A stretch of 64,000 bases of DNA from a virus, in UHGV virus genome UHGV-1343746; one strand, 5' to 3'. A model generated the notes under the pieces. It made no database searches and was not told the origin of the DNA. It saw only the letters and a program-made list of their open reading frames with translations. Made by a program: the position numbers and the translations under genes. Below, one piece after another: positions 51,806 through 61,118 of the stretch; positions within the stretch are counted from its first letter, which is position 1, and each line of letters starts with the position of its first letter.

Positions 51806-52399
51806 ATGAGTGTACACATTAAAGAAAATGGTGGAGTTGATTCTCCACAAGTTGCATTAGTCCAACACTACGGAAATGTTCAGGGTGTGCTTGCTGCGTT
51901 CCAGCCAAACATTAACTCACCAGCAAAAGTTGCCAAATTGACTATGGATGTGAACAATATCTCTGCATGTGTCATTGAAGATGTGCAGTACTTTAAGTTC
52001 TCATCTAAAGAAGTTGATGAAGCACTTCTGAAGTATCGTTTAGACCTTGAGAAAGACATTAACCACCAAGAGGTTGTGAAACTGTTTGGTGACCTACATG
52101 ATATGCTTGATAAAGTCCACAAGCGTACATATTACATGAATGGTGGTTCAGTTATCACTACGTACACTTCCCCATTCACTAAAGAGGTCATCTTAACCGA
52201 TGATGAGCAGTTCTTTGTTATGACTGCTTCAAGCTCAGATTGGTGGATGAAGAACACAGGAATGAAGACGATTATTGAAGCTATTCGTCAGCATATCCCA
52301 AACTTCAGCCCTTGGAAGGGTGCTTCTGATGACTTCATAGCTATCCTTGAAGATGTTCGAAGCAGAAAAAGTAAATTACTGCCTAGAAAATATACTTGA
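51806..52399 (+). CDS. hypothetical protein
   Basis: 197-aa ORF. Confidence 0.4.
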   Translation: MSVHIKENGGVDSPQVALVQHYGNVQGVLAAFQPNINSPAKVAKLTMDVNNISACVIEDVQYFKFSSKEVDEALLKYRLDLEKDINHQEVVKLFGDLHDMLDKVHKRTYYMNGGSVITTYTSPFTKEVILTDDEQFFVMTASSSDWWMKNTGMKTIIEAIRQHIPNFSPWKGASDDFIAILEDVRSRKSKLLPRKYT

Positions 52400-52425
52400 C
52401 AGTAATATCTAGAATTTTGTATGAT
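52396..52425 (+). promoter_or_regulatory. sigma70-like promoter TTGACA-18-TATGAT
   Basis: consensus -35 and good -10 upstream of ORF 52470. Confidence 0.45.
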
Positions 52426-52469
52426 GGGAGCTATCGAAAGGTGGTTCCCTTTTTTATTGGAGAGATAAA

Positions 52470-53210
52470 ATGGTTAAAGTTAAAGAGACAGACACAATTT
52501 ACATTTATGTAAAGGCTTCACCAGCCCAAAGAACTAAGGCATTTGTTACGTATGTGTCTGATAGCGGGGTTGTGTACTTCCGACCTATGAAGACATTACA
52601 TTTCAAGATTTATCCAGCAACATCACTTGGTCCAGAAGCACACTTATGGGCTGGTAAAGTCTATTCGACCACTGATATTGAAAACTTAACCTTCACAGGA
52701 AGCTTCAGAAAGCTTCTGGGTATTTCTTTACAAGATACTGTGGTAGGGGATGAAGAAGAAACTGAAAAGGCAACTTTTGAGGCAACTCCGACTCTGAAGA
52801 AAGAGGCAACTCCAAAGGTTAGAACGATTGATGTTACTATAGAGGCTCCTACACACAGACTTGCAGATGTACCTGAGCAAGAGTCTCGATACCAAACTAA
52901 AGAAGATGGTCATCAAACTCTGGTTGTAGATAACGTCAGAGATTACTTCAAGTATTTCTGTGATGCAAATCCACATAGTCATGCTTGGACTACACCACAA
53001 AAGAAATTTAACTCCATGTTGACCAGCGCTTGTGAAGATGCTAAAAAGAATGTGGAAGAGTTAAAAGAAGCAATCAGTGTCACAGACCATGTGGTTAATA
53101 AGAATGACATTGAGTACACAGTGAGGATGATGTTAAAAGCTGGTTTCACACCTTATCAGATTGCTGAAGAGATTCAAAGGCAATTCTACAACGCAATGGT
53201 GAAAGAATGA
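52470..53210 (+). CDS. hypothetical protein
   Basis: 246-aa ORF. Confidence 0.4.
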   Translation: MVKVKETDTIYIYVKASPAQRTKAFVTYVSDSGVVYFRPMKTLHFKIYPATSLGPEAHLWAGKVYSTTDIENLTFTGSFRKLLGISLQDTVVGDEEETEKATFEATPTLKKEATPKVRTIDVTIEAPTHRLADVPEQESRYQTKEDGHQTLVVDNVRDYFKYFCDANPHSHAWTTPQKKFNSMLTSACEDAKKNVEELKEAISVTDHVVNKNDIEYTVRMMLKAGFTPYQIAEEIQRQFYNAMVKE

Positions 53211-53425
53211 AAAAGTTTACAACTCTAGGTGAATACTGGAAGCTCTCTGTTTCTGAGCAGTACAGACGAGCTAAGAAGACTAAACAGTGTTATGGCAAAT
53301 TTGCCAGAGGTGATATCTTAGTATGTACTGAAGAGTCACTTAAGAACGTTACTCCCAGAGGTAAGACATTCCAGAGAATGATTGATAGAGAGTGGAATGC
53401 ACGATTAAAGAGGATTGAACAATGA
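53207..53425 (+). CDS. hypothetical protein
   Basis: 72-aa basic ORF. Confidence 0.35.
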   Translation: MKKFTTLGEYWKLSVSEQYRRAKKTKQCYGKFARGDILVCTEESLKNVTPRGKTFQRMIDREWNARLKRIEQ

Positions 53426-53928
53426 TTTATGAAGATTCAAGAGACCAAATTTCTTATGAGAAGTCAAGACACCATGTATCTTTCAAGATTGTGAAAGCAA
53501 ACGGTGATAAAGGAACTATTTCACACTTCGGAGGTGAAAATTGGTTTGGTACAGGATGTTTTGAAGGTTACAGCAGAGAATACTTGAAAGCTTTCTACAG
53601 AGACTTCTCAGCAGACTACAACGAGCTTATCAATCTTGAAAATAAGCGTAGAAATGCTGAACATAATACCAGAGGGTGGGCAGGAATAGCAATCATGTTA
53701 TCTGTATTCCTTGCTATGATTTGTGTAATCTCCTTCGGTGGCATGTACATGCAGGATTTAACGTTTAACCAAGCTGAGAAGAAAATTTCTGAGATTTGGT
53801 TCTTGTATGTGATTCCAATAGTTGGTATCATCCTCTCATGTTGGAGAATGACAACTTACAAGAAGAAGATTGTAGAGTTTGAGAGTAAGTTTGAAGAGGT
53901 AAGTAAAGAATGCAACCTAAAATTTTAG
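53422..53928 (+). CDS. putative membrane protein
   Basis: two hydrophobic segments (AGIAIMLSVFLAMICVISFGG, FLYVIPIVGIILSCW). Confidence 0.4.
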   Translation: MIYEDSRDQISYEKSRHHVSFKIVKANGDKGTISHFGGENWFGTGCFEGYSREYLKAFYRDFSADYNELINLENKRRNAEHNTRGWAGIAIMLSVFLAMICVISFGGMYMQDLTFNQAEKKISEIWFLYVIPIVGIILSCWRMTTYKKKIVEFESKFEEVSKECNLKF

Positions 53929-53998
53929 TAGTTTGTATCCGCTATGCTATTGCGGAAATGATTAACCAGAAAATCTTAAAAGATATCTCGGAGGGTAA

Positions 53999-54181
53999 AT
54001 GATTAGAACACCTATCAAACCTTTTGGATTTGAAACCTTAGAAGAGTTCAAAGAATACCTTGACAAAGGATTCTACAACGAACAACCTGTAACGGTTCTG
54101 AAAGCTGACTTAGCACAACTTGTAGACCTTGCTATTGCAGCAACGGCTAAGAAGAAATCTGCTAAGAAAGATAAAGAGTAA
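53999..54181 (+). CDS. hypothetical protein
   Basis: 60-aa ORF with SD GGAGGG. Confidence 0.35.
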   Translation: MIRTPIKPFGFETLEEFKEYLDKGFYNEQPVTVLKADLAQLVDLAIAATAKKKSAKKDKE

Positions 54182-54222
54182 TTTCGAAGGGGTGTAACAG
54201 CCCCTTTCATTGAGGAAATTTT

Positions 54223-54519
54223 ATGACACCAGAAAGTAGAGGCGTGAAGGGTATTCATCCACCAGAAGGTGGTTGGAAAGACAATACCTTCTATATTGTG
54301 GAAGTTGCTTACAAACCACTTAACATGATTCATAAAGCAATGTTCTACACTGGATTCTGTGATGAAAAAGGTGTGCCACAAGGTTATAACTGGCTTATGA
54401 ATGGTGGTTATGAAGACCTTTGCAGTATCCAAGAGGCTTATTACTTGAAAGCAGTTGCAGAGTTACCTGAAGAGTTTCAAATTGAGAGAGATGAGGATTG
54501 GAACGATGAAGAGTGTTAA
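54223..54519 (+). CDS. hypothetical protein
   Basis: 98-aa ORF with SD GAGGAA. Confidence 0.4.
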   Translation: MTPESRGVKGIHPPEGGWKDNTFYIVEVAYKPLNMIHKAMFYTGFCDEKGVPQGYNWLMNGGYEDLCSIQEAYYLKAVAELPEEFQIERDEDWNDEEC

Positions 54520-54940
54520 AGAGGTAGTACGTAAAGCTTTGCTTAACAACGGGACTAAAGATGATATGTATAAAGATATCGTTGCAGAATTTGGTTGTTC
54601 CAGACATGCTGCAAAGGTTCTTCTTCATAGCTTTATCTGGGAGTGTTCAGAAGCTTACATGCAATCTGTAATAACTGAAGGGCTTGATATGTCTCTATCT
54701 GAATGCTTCAAAGAAGAGGCTAAAGTTAGTTCCATAAAGCTAAACACACTCTATATTGTAGAAACTGTGGATACAGGTGAACCAGTAGGCACAATACATA
54801 TCGAAAGTGTGTGTGATGGTAAGTTTCTTGGTTATGGTGAAGCAAACGCATATAGTGCATTCTCAACCGCACACTGGATAGTTGAAAATGATGGGTATAT
54901 TCAGGTCAATGGTAAAAACACTTTCAAACTTAAGATGTGA
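54506..54940 (+). CDS. hypothetical protein
   Basis: in-frame ATG at 54506 (MKSVKEVV) overlapping upstream stop. Confidence 0.4.
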   Translation: MKSVKEVVRKALLNNGTKDDMYKDIVAEFGCSRHAAKVLLHSFIWECSEAYMQSVITEGLDMSLSECFKEEAKVSSIKLNTLYIVETVDTGEPVGTIHIESVCDGKFLGYGEANAYSAFSTAHWIVENDGYIQVNGKNTFKLKM

Positions 54941-55608
54941 TTATGGGACACCTACTGAAGAAGAGTTGGAAGAACTTAACAGATATGGTTCCACATCTGA
55001 AGAGGAAGAGAAAGAACTCCGAAGAGTGGGAAGCAATTACTAAGAAATGCTTTAAGGATTTGATAGAGATGAAAAAGTTTGAACTTGAAAGGAAGTATCT
55101 GGTACTTAGCCTAGATGATATCAACACACATCTTGACGAAAGTGAGAAGTGGTCTTTAGACTTACTTGTTAATCGACTTAAGATGGAACGAGAAGATTCA
55201 GGTAAAGAGCCACTTGAAGGTGTCTTTGTCAAGAAGTCTTATCCGTTCTATGAAGATACTTTGAAGAAACTTGAGATGTATGTTAAGCAGCAGAACCGTA
55301 AAGAGTTCTCTATGATTTCTCTTGGTGGACAACAAATGCTGGTTATGGAAGATATAAACCCTAAGAGAACCAACAAAGGTGTTTGTATCAAGGTCACAGG
55401 TAAAGAAGAATTTGTTGAATATGACATACTCAGACACATTATAGATGGTTTGGGTGTTGTACTGAACATGAATGAATACCATATTAGTTCACACCCGATT
55501 AAGGGTGACCAGATAATGATTCAGGTAAGAGAACGTCATAATGGGTTCACACACTTCTTCCAGACTTCTAAAACTTCATTGCAAACTATGCTTAGTGAAG
55601 TGATGTAA
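54937..55608 (+). CDS. hypothetical protein
   Basis: 223-aa ORF, last gene of plus-strand block. Confidence 0.4.
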   Translation: MIMGHLLKKSWKNLTDMVPHLKRKRKNSEEWEAITKKCFKDLIEMKKFELERKYLVLSLDDINTHLDESEKWSLDLLVNRLKMEREDSGKEPLEGVFVKKSYPFYEDTLKKLEMYVKQQNRKEFSMISLGGQQMLVMEDINPKRTNKGVCIKVTGKEEFVEYDILRHIIDGLGVVLNMNEYHISSHPIKGDQIMIQVRERHNGFTHFFQTSKTSLQTMLSEVM

Positions 55609-55616
55609 AACTATAC

Positions 55617-55640
55617 AGCCCCTTAATTGGGGCTTTTTAT
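55617..55640 (+). terminator. rho-independent terminator
   Basis: AGCCCC-TTAATT-GGGGCT followed by TTTTTAT. Confidence 0.65.
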
Positions 55641-55655
55641 TGAGTAAAATTTACG

Positions 55656-55679
55656 AAATTTATAATTTTTATAAAATTT
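55656..55679. repeat. AT-rich palindrome AAATTTATAATTTTTATAAAATTT
   Basis: near-identical copy at 56119-56143. Confidence 0.5.
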
Positions 55680-55763
55680 GGGATTCACTCCGTTCATCTT
55701 GGGTCACCATGATATGTGATAAAATATCTATACCCTTCTAAACACCCTCTCTAAGCATCATCT

Positions 55764-55987
55764 CTATATAGTATTATATAGTATCTATATAGCCTCTTAG
55801 TACCTAAATAGTGCTCTCTATATAGCCCTCTATAAAGCCTTCTAAGCCTACCATTAATCAACCATATACAATCACCTTCCTAACCTCTTCCTAGCCCCTT
55901 AGAAGCTCCTATAGCCATCTTAATCTCTAGGTAAACGATAGTACCCTATATAGCAGAATCACTAGGTATTACTAAGCCTCTATATAG
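55764..55987. repeat. cluster of about six CTATATAG palindromic octamers
   Basis: CTATATAG at 55764, 55785, 55818, 55946, 55980 plus CTATAAAG variants. Confidence 0.55.
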
Positions 55988-56118
55988 ACTGTTATATAAC
56001 ACTAAACAGGTATTCCCTGTAAAGGCTTATCCTACAAGGTCTAACACGGTACTAACAAGGTCTCTTATAAGCCTGTTAATTCCTGTTTTATATAAGATAG
56101 TGTATAGATAGTTATTCA

Positions 56119-56143
56119 GAATTATAAAATTTTTATAAAATAG
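56119..56143. repeat. AT-rich palindrome, second copy
   Basis: GAATTATAAAATTTTTATAAAATAG. Confidence 0.5.
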
Positions 56144-56220
56144 ACTAGGTAGTGTTTATTTAGGGGTCTTTGGAGAATCTGAAAAATATCTACAGAGGGT
56201 GTATATCTGCTTGGTAGCCC

Positions 56221-56740
56221 TTAACAGCCCTGTAACATCCCCTTTGCAGTTTATTAAAATATCATTAACAAGCTCTTAACAACTCTCTCAAGCCTTTAAC
56301 ATCTCTTCAAAGTTCTTAACAGTTTCTTAACAGAACTAACAAGGGCTTAACAAGTCTGTAACATTACTAACAAGAGTCTAACAAGTTGCTTATAAGTTGC
56401 TAAATAGTTAAATCTTAAGAGTTATTTTGTTAAGATAATTAACAAGATGCTAACAAGTTCTAAACCTTTTTAACAAGCTATTAACATGGTCACTATCTCT
56501 TGGTCTATAGTTCCCTTCCCTTCTTAGTGATTCTCTTAAAAGCCCTCTTAAAAGCTCTGTATAGCTCTGTATAGCCTCTTCTAAGCTTCTCCCTAGTAAC
56601 TACACCCCAACTACCTGTATAGCTCTTTATAGGGCTTTCTAGGGGCTTATACAGGGACTTCAAAGAGTCTAACAAGCTTTTAACATACCTCTAACAAGGA
56701 TTTAACTGAGGCTTAACAAGTCTCGCTAGGGGCTAACAAG
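56221..56740. repeat. iteron-like array: about 20 copies of (C)TAACA(AG)
   Basis: CTTAACAAG/CTAACAAG/TTAACAT repeated at roughly 10-12 or 20-bp spacing. Confidence 0.55.
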
Positions 56741-56810
56741 TCCATAATAAGCATAACTATGTAGCATTTGTTAAGATTTTGTTAAGAGAATGTAAAGGGG
56801 GCTAACTTTT

Positions 56811-56865
56811 ACGTTACTTTTACGTTACTTTTACGTTACTTTTAAGCATCTTTTACGTTACTTTG
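56811..56865. repeat. tandem 11-mer ACGTTACTTTT, three perfect copies plus one displaced
   Basis: ACGTTACTTTT ACGTTACTTTT ACGTTACTTTT aagcatc TTTTACGTTACTTTG. Confidence 0.7.
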
Positions 56866-57191
56866 AAGACTCCATAACATTCTTTAAAGCTATTATCAAG
56901 CCCCTGTTTAACCATTCACAAGATTCTATCCAGCTTATAAGCTTACTCCCTTATAAGATTCTTTTAAGGCTCTAGAAAGCTCTATAAAGGGCTTTTAAGA
57001 AGTGGTTAATATGATTGCTTAAGATGAGATGATAAGCCCGTATAGAGCGTTATAGAGCGTTTTAGGGATTGCCCTTCCCTTTCGGGTTATGGGCTTATAT
57101 TTAAGTGGATTTGATAAGAGGATATAGAGTAAGCTATAGAGTTATTATTCTAAATGTATGGGATAGATTCTAGGAAGGTTTCTTTATAGAC

Positions 57192-57215
57192 GTAAAAAGC
57201 CCCATCTAAGGGGCT
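57192..57215 (-). terminator. rho-independent terminator for minus-strand small-gene block
   Basis: minus-strand AGCCCC-UUAGAU-GGGGCU followed by UUUUUAC. Confidence 0.6.
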
Positions 57216-57256
57216 GTAAAGGTGTCTGGGGCTATTTGCCCCGTTGCGGCGACTTG

Positions 57257-57508
57257 TTAGTTATTGAAGCCGTCAACTTCATAGTAAAGCGTGATAAGAG
57301 AATCACCCCAATAGTAAGAGGATACGCCATCCTTTAAGACTTCCTGTTTAGTTTCTTTCCAGAATGTTTCCGATGGGTTATAGTCCTGAATAGTTGCTTT
57401 TAGACACATATCAACCATGCCGAAAGCATCACCAGTGCCAACCATATCGAACTTAACATCTAATACATGGAAGCCAAAATTGTTAACAGTTGCGCGGATA
57501 GTAGCCAT
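57257..57508 (-). CDS. hypothetical small protein
   Basis: 83-aa ORF; conserved GGAGAATCTGAAAATG initiation region. Confidence 0.45.
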   Translation of the reverse strand: MATIRATVNNFGFHVLDVKFDMVGTGDAFGMVDMCLKATIQDYNPSETFWKETKQEVLKDGVSSYYWGDSLITLYYEVDGFNN

Positions 57509-57573
57509 TTTCAGATTCTCCAGTTTAGGAATTTAGGTTAGTGGGGAAGTCTCCCTCCCCGTTGAAAGTAATA
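57509..57573 (-). promoter_or_regulatory. upstream hairpin cassette, class II
   Basis: minus-strand GGGGAGGGAGACUUCCCC hairpin plus CUAAACUGGAGAAUCUGAAAAUG. Confidence 0.5.
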
Positions 57574-57837
57574 TTAATTCATTGCTGCATAAGTTGCAAG
57601 TCTTTTTTCATTGTATTTTGTAAGAATCTCACAAGATAAAACGTCATACTTTGCAACGGCTTCAGATTTAGTTAAACCGAAATGGCTTACAATTTCACCA
57701 TTCATGAATCCGACTACTTCATAAGATTCTGCGATGATTTCACCGTTGAACCAATCACTTTCAATACGTTTGCAAAGTTGGATATCTTCTTTGTCAGTAC
57801 CGATTTGTAACAGGATAGTGATTTCTTGATTATTCAT
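57574..57837 (-). CDS. hypothetical small protein
   Basis: 87-aa ORF preceded by class II cassette. Confidence 0.45.
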   Translation of the reverse strand: MNNQEITILLQIGTDKEDIQLCKRIESDWFNGEIIAESYEVVGFMNGEIVSHFGLTKSEAVAKYDVLSCEILTKYNEKRLATYAAMN

Positions 57838-57897
57838 TTTCTAGTCTCCAGTTTAGGATTGTTGGGGAAGGTCATTCCCTCCCCGTTGATAAGTACT
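57838..57897 (-). promoter_or_regulatory. upstream hairpin cassette, class II
   Basis: GGGGAAGGTCATTCCCTCCCCGTTGA on plus strand. Confidence 0.5.
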
Positions 57898-58425
57898 TTA
57901 CAGATTTATGATGATTTCGTCAAGGGAATTTTCTAAGTTTTTTAAAGATTGTTCGTAAAGCCTAATTCCCCTACTTAATGCTTCCCCTAACGTAATTTTA
58001 AATACAGTTGTTGGGTAGTCACTTGTAAAGATGTTTTCCACTTCATAGAGTGGGTATTGTTGGTTACCCGTTCCCATAGCATACATACCTGTATAGTGAA
58101 TTGCAATAAAAAGATTATGGGACTTAATAGAGCGCTCATAAGCCATTTTAAAGCGGTTTAACTCGTTTTTAGTTGCCTTAATAGCCATTTCGTGAATTTC
58201 TGCGACTATAGCCATATAATCATTCAGAATGAGAGAAATAGCCCCCATAAAGTTGTTGGCTGTTACCGCTTTTACATTTGGTCGGTGTACATAAAACTTC
58301 TTACCTTCCCCTTTTGTGATAACTGCAAAAACTTTGCTCTTTAAGGTAAATTCCCAAGTATCTTTACAAGGCTTGCTCATCACTTCACGGCTACGGATTG
58401 CATTAACAGCATTAAACTTATTCAT
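57898..58425 (-). CDS. hypothetical protein
   Basis: 175-aa ORF preceded by class II cassette. Confidence 0.45.
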   Translation of the reverse strand: MNKFNAVNAIRSREVMSKPCKDTWEFTLKSKVFAVITKGEGKKFYVHRPNVKAVTANNFMGAISLILNDYMAIVAEIHEMAIKATKNELNRFKMAYERSIKSHNLFIAIHYTGMYAMGTGNQQYPLYEVENIFTSDYPTTVFKITLGEALSRGIRLYEQSLKNLENSLDEIIINL

Positions 58426-58489
58426 TCTAGATTCTCCAGTTTAGGAATTTTGTTTAGTGGGGAAGTTTCCCTCCCCGTTGATGAATACT
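58426..58489 (-). promoter_or_regulatory. upstream hairpin cassette, class II
   Basis: GGGGAAGTTTCCCTCCCCGTTGATGAATACTTTAC on plus strand. Confidence 0.5.
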
Positions 58490-58630
58490 TTACTTGTTTT
58501 GATTCTGCATTGCAAGTAGTTTTTTATCAAAAACTTTATCTGAGATTTCACCAATGATGAGCATTGCTAATGGCAACACAACAGAAACAATCATACCGCA
58601 AAGGATAGGGTTTTTAATGATATCTAACAT
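58490..58630 (-). CDS. small hydrophobic protein (46 aa), absent from ORF track
   Basis: ATG at 58630 carries the same conserved initiation region; predicted single transmembrane segment. Confidence 0.4.
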   Translation of the reverse strand: MLDIIKNPILCGMIVSVVLPLAMLIIGEISDKVFDKKLLAMQNQNK

Positions 58631-58826
58631 TTAGTGATTCTCCAGTTTAGGAAGTTGCCTTTTGAAGATACTATATAGATATGATTAGACCTTTGCAAGT
58701 ACTTTTTACGCTTATCTATAAAGAATCTATTAAGTTAATCCCTTTTAGATAAACCCCCTCGAACAAAGTTACACTTGTCAAGGGGCATTGTCAATAGTTT
58801 TTCAAAAGATTTTTATAAGTTGTTGA

Positions 58827-59168
58827 TTAGCTTATAAAGATTTTTTCTGGCTTAACATAGGTTAATGACTGTTTTTTAAGCAAATCAGACCAAATGAGCG
58901 CGGCAATGTGACTATATCCCTTTTCTCTTAACTCCTGCATAGCTGATTTGCGAGTTTCGAAACGTGTAGCATAGTATTCAGTGTTAAGGGTAGTTTTATT
59001 CCCTTCATTGTCAACATGTACAATCTGCATCACTTGAAAGGGGCTTACATCTTCTCCCCTGTTCCATTGCTCAAAGTACTTGAGACACTGCATAGGTTTC
59101 ATTTTGTCGTTAACTTGGGTAGACCATGACGAATTTTCTTTATCGGTGATAATTGTTACATAGGCCAT
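58827..59168 (-). CDS. hypothetical protein
   Basis: 113-aa ORF preceded by class I cassette. Confidence 0.45.
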   Translation of the reverse strand: MAYVTIITDKENSSWSTQVNDKMKPMQCLKYFEQWNRGEDVSPFQVMQIVHVDNEGNKTTLNTEYYATRFETRKSAMQELREKGYSHIAALIWSDLLKKQSLTYVKPEKIFIS

Positions 59169-59253
59169 TTTCAGATTCTCCAGTTTAGGATTGTTGGTAA
59201 AGCTCTTTCTCTGGGGCTTAAGATACTAGCTTTTAAACCCCATGTAAAGCACT
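59169..59253 (-). promoter_or_regulatory. upstream hairpin cassette, class I
   Basis: plus-strand GGTAAAGCTCTTTCTCTGGGGCTTA...AAACCCCATGTAAAGCACTTTA. Confidence 0.5.
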
Positions 59254-59451
59254 TTAATAAATTCTATCCATCAGATTATTCACGGCCATAATTGCATTAT
59301 CTTTGAAGTGTGGATGACTGCTATTCTGTGAGAATAGTATTTCTCCATTGTATACTATTTTTAGGTCTATCTTTGAACCTTCCATGTTAAGGTTACACTC
59401 TACACCTTTTAAACACCACAAGGTAGAAAGTTTTTGCATCAGTGATAACAT
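59254..59451 (-). CDS. hypothetical small protein
   Basis: 65-aa ORF preceded by class I cassette. Confidence 0.4.
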   Translation of the reverse strand: MLSLMQKLSTLWCLKGVECNLNMEGSKIDLKIVYNGEILFSQNSSHPHFKDNAIMAVNNLMDRIY

Positions 59452-59542
59452 TTTAGATTCTCCAGTTTAGGATTGTTGGTAAAGCTCTTTATCTGGGGCT
59501 TATCTTATCTAACTATAAACCCCATGTAAAGCACTTTATTAG
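59452..59542 (-). promoter_or_regulatory. upstream hairpin cassette, class I
   Basis: GGTAAAGCTCTTTATCTGGGGCTTATCTTATCTAACTATAAACCCCATGTAAAGCACTTTATT. Confidence 0.5.
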
Positions 59543-59764
59543 TTATTTGTAGTAATAATATGTAAACTCATTTATCAGGCTTCCAGCCTCATCATTATAC
59601 TGCTTATGACTAGCCAGATAACCGCCATTAGCTAGAATTTCATCAATCAACTTTTTAGCGTCATCATTGGGAATTCTAACAGGGTTATTAAACGGTTGTA
59701 AATAGGTACGACGAACATTTGAGAATTTAAAATCAATGGTTTTTACGTTGAGGACTTGCAACAT
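59543..59764 (-). CDS. hypothetical small protein
   Basis: 73-aa ORF preceded by class III cassette. Confidence 0.45.
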   Translation of the reverse strand: MLQVLNVKTIDFKFSNVRRTYLQPFNNPVRIPNDDAKKLIDEILANGGYLASHKQYNDEAGSLINEFTYYYYK

Positions 59765-59848
59765 TTTTGAATCTCCAGTTTAGGATTGTTGGGGCTTCTA
59801 ACTTACCCCGTTGATGAGTACTCTACTGGTTTGCGTTTTCAGTGTCAA
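59765..59848 (-). promoter_or_regulatory. upstream hairpin cassette, class III
   Basis: GGGGCTTCTAACTTACCCCGTTGATGAGTACTCTAC. Confidence 0.5.
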
Positions 59849-60079
59849 CTACTTTTCTATAAGAATTTCATAATCACCATTCACACTATCAAAGTAAATG
59901 CCATAATCATCTTCTGATTTATAGTAGCACTGTATATCATCCGATGCTGGGTAGTCTTGCCTTGCTATCTGACAGGCAACAATAGCATTATTTTCGCTAC
60001 CTGTAAACTCTTCTAAACCTTTAAAGTTGCATTGTGAACCATTGCAGATAGATAGAATAAGATAGATTGTTGTAAGCAT
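59849..60079 (-). CDS. small secreted Cys-containing protein
   Basis: 76 aa; hydrophobic N-terminus MLTTIYLILSICNGSQC. Confidence 0.4.
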   Translation of the reverse strand: MLTTIYLILSICNGSQCNFKGLEEFTGSENNAIVACQIARQDYPASDDIQCYYKSEDDYGIYFDSVNGDYEILIEK

Positions 60080-60142
60080 CTTTTAAGCCTCTTGTAAGCC
60101 CCTATGCGGGGCTTTTCTAGTGAACTGGTATGATTCTATGGT

Positions 60143-60700
60143 TTATGCTGTTAAGTCGCTTATAGCCGTTTCTGTTACGTTGAATTGCATTGTGTCAAAG
60201 ATATCACAATATACATTGCTCATCTCATCGCTACGTTGGATTATTGCCACAATGTTGCGTAATTCATCCGGTATATAACCTAAGTTCCTATTATTCAGGT
60301 TAGGGACAAAGAAAGGCGCATACATAGCATTAAATTCAGTTGTGTAAACCTTTTTAATCCATTCTTTATCGAAATACTCTGTAAAGCTTGCTACGTCGCT
60401 CATGTTCTCACAGCTCCAGTCATCTTGTAATTCATCTTCTGGAATATCAAGTTCCAAGATAACAAGTTTTTGTGACTTCATTTGATAGGCTGCTGTAATG
60501 CTTGCACTGTCAAGCGCGTTTTTAATACCTTCATCTATGATTTGTTCGTCATCCAGATTTTCTACATCATAGAACTTGCTAACAGGGTAGACATAAAAAC
60601 ATCCATCCATATCAGAGCAATTCCAGACTCCTGATGGTTTATCACCGCCATTCATAAGGTTTACAAAGTTTTCTTGTGTAGTACCATGAAAGCATTTCAT
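60143..60700 (-). CDS. hypothetical acidic protein
   Basis: 185-aa ORF preceded by class I cassette. Confidence 0.45.
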   Translation of the reverse strand: MKCFHGTTQENFVNLMNGGDKPSGVWNCSDMDGCFYVYPVSKFYDVENLDDEQIIDEGIKNALDSASITAAYQMKSQKLVILELDIPEDELQDDWSCENMSDVASFTEYFDKEWIKKVYTTEFNAMYAPFFVPNLNNRNLGYIPDELRNIVAIIQRSDEMSNVYCDIFDTMQFNVTETAISDLTA

Positions 60701-60784
60701 TTTAGATTCTCCAGTTTAGGATTGTTGGTAAAGCTCTTTATCTGGGGCTTATCTTATCTAATTATAAACCCCATGTAAAGCACT
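60701..60784 (-). promoter_or_regulatory. upstream hairpin cassette, class I
   Basis: near-identical to 59452..59542. Confidence 0.5.
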
Positions 60785-61033
60785 TTATTTAGTTTTCTTT
60801 GTAAAGATTAGTTTAACGGCAACAGTTGGTAACTCTTCAATACTTGTGAACAAAGTCACTTTTTGAGTCTTGACATTATAGCCATACTTTGAACCATAAG
60901 CCGTAAAACGGTTTACAATGTAACTGTAAGTTTTTGCAGTGTTATCTGGCATATGGTATAAAAACGGCTTGCCAAGGTTATCAAGTTGTGTTAAGAGTCG
61001 GCAAGTGTCAGGGATATTCAACATATTAAACAT
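60785..61033 (-). CDS. hypothetical small protein
   Basis: 82-aa ORF preceded by class III cassette. Confidence 0.45.
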   Translation of the reverse strand: MFNMLNIPDTCRLLTQLDNLGKPFLYHMPDNTAKTYSYIVNRFTAYGSKYGYNVKTQKVTLFTSIEELPTVAVKLIFTKKTK

Positions 61034-61118
61034 TTTCAGATTCTCCAGTTTAGGATTGTTGGGGCTTCTAACTTACCCCGTTGATGAGTACTCTACTACT
61101 ATGCTTTTGCAATGTCAA
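61034..61118 (-). promoter_or_regulatory. upstream hairpin cassette, class III
   Basis: identical core to 59765..59848. Confidence 0.5.
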
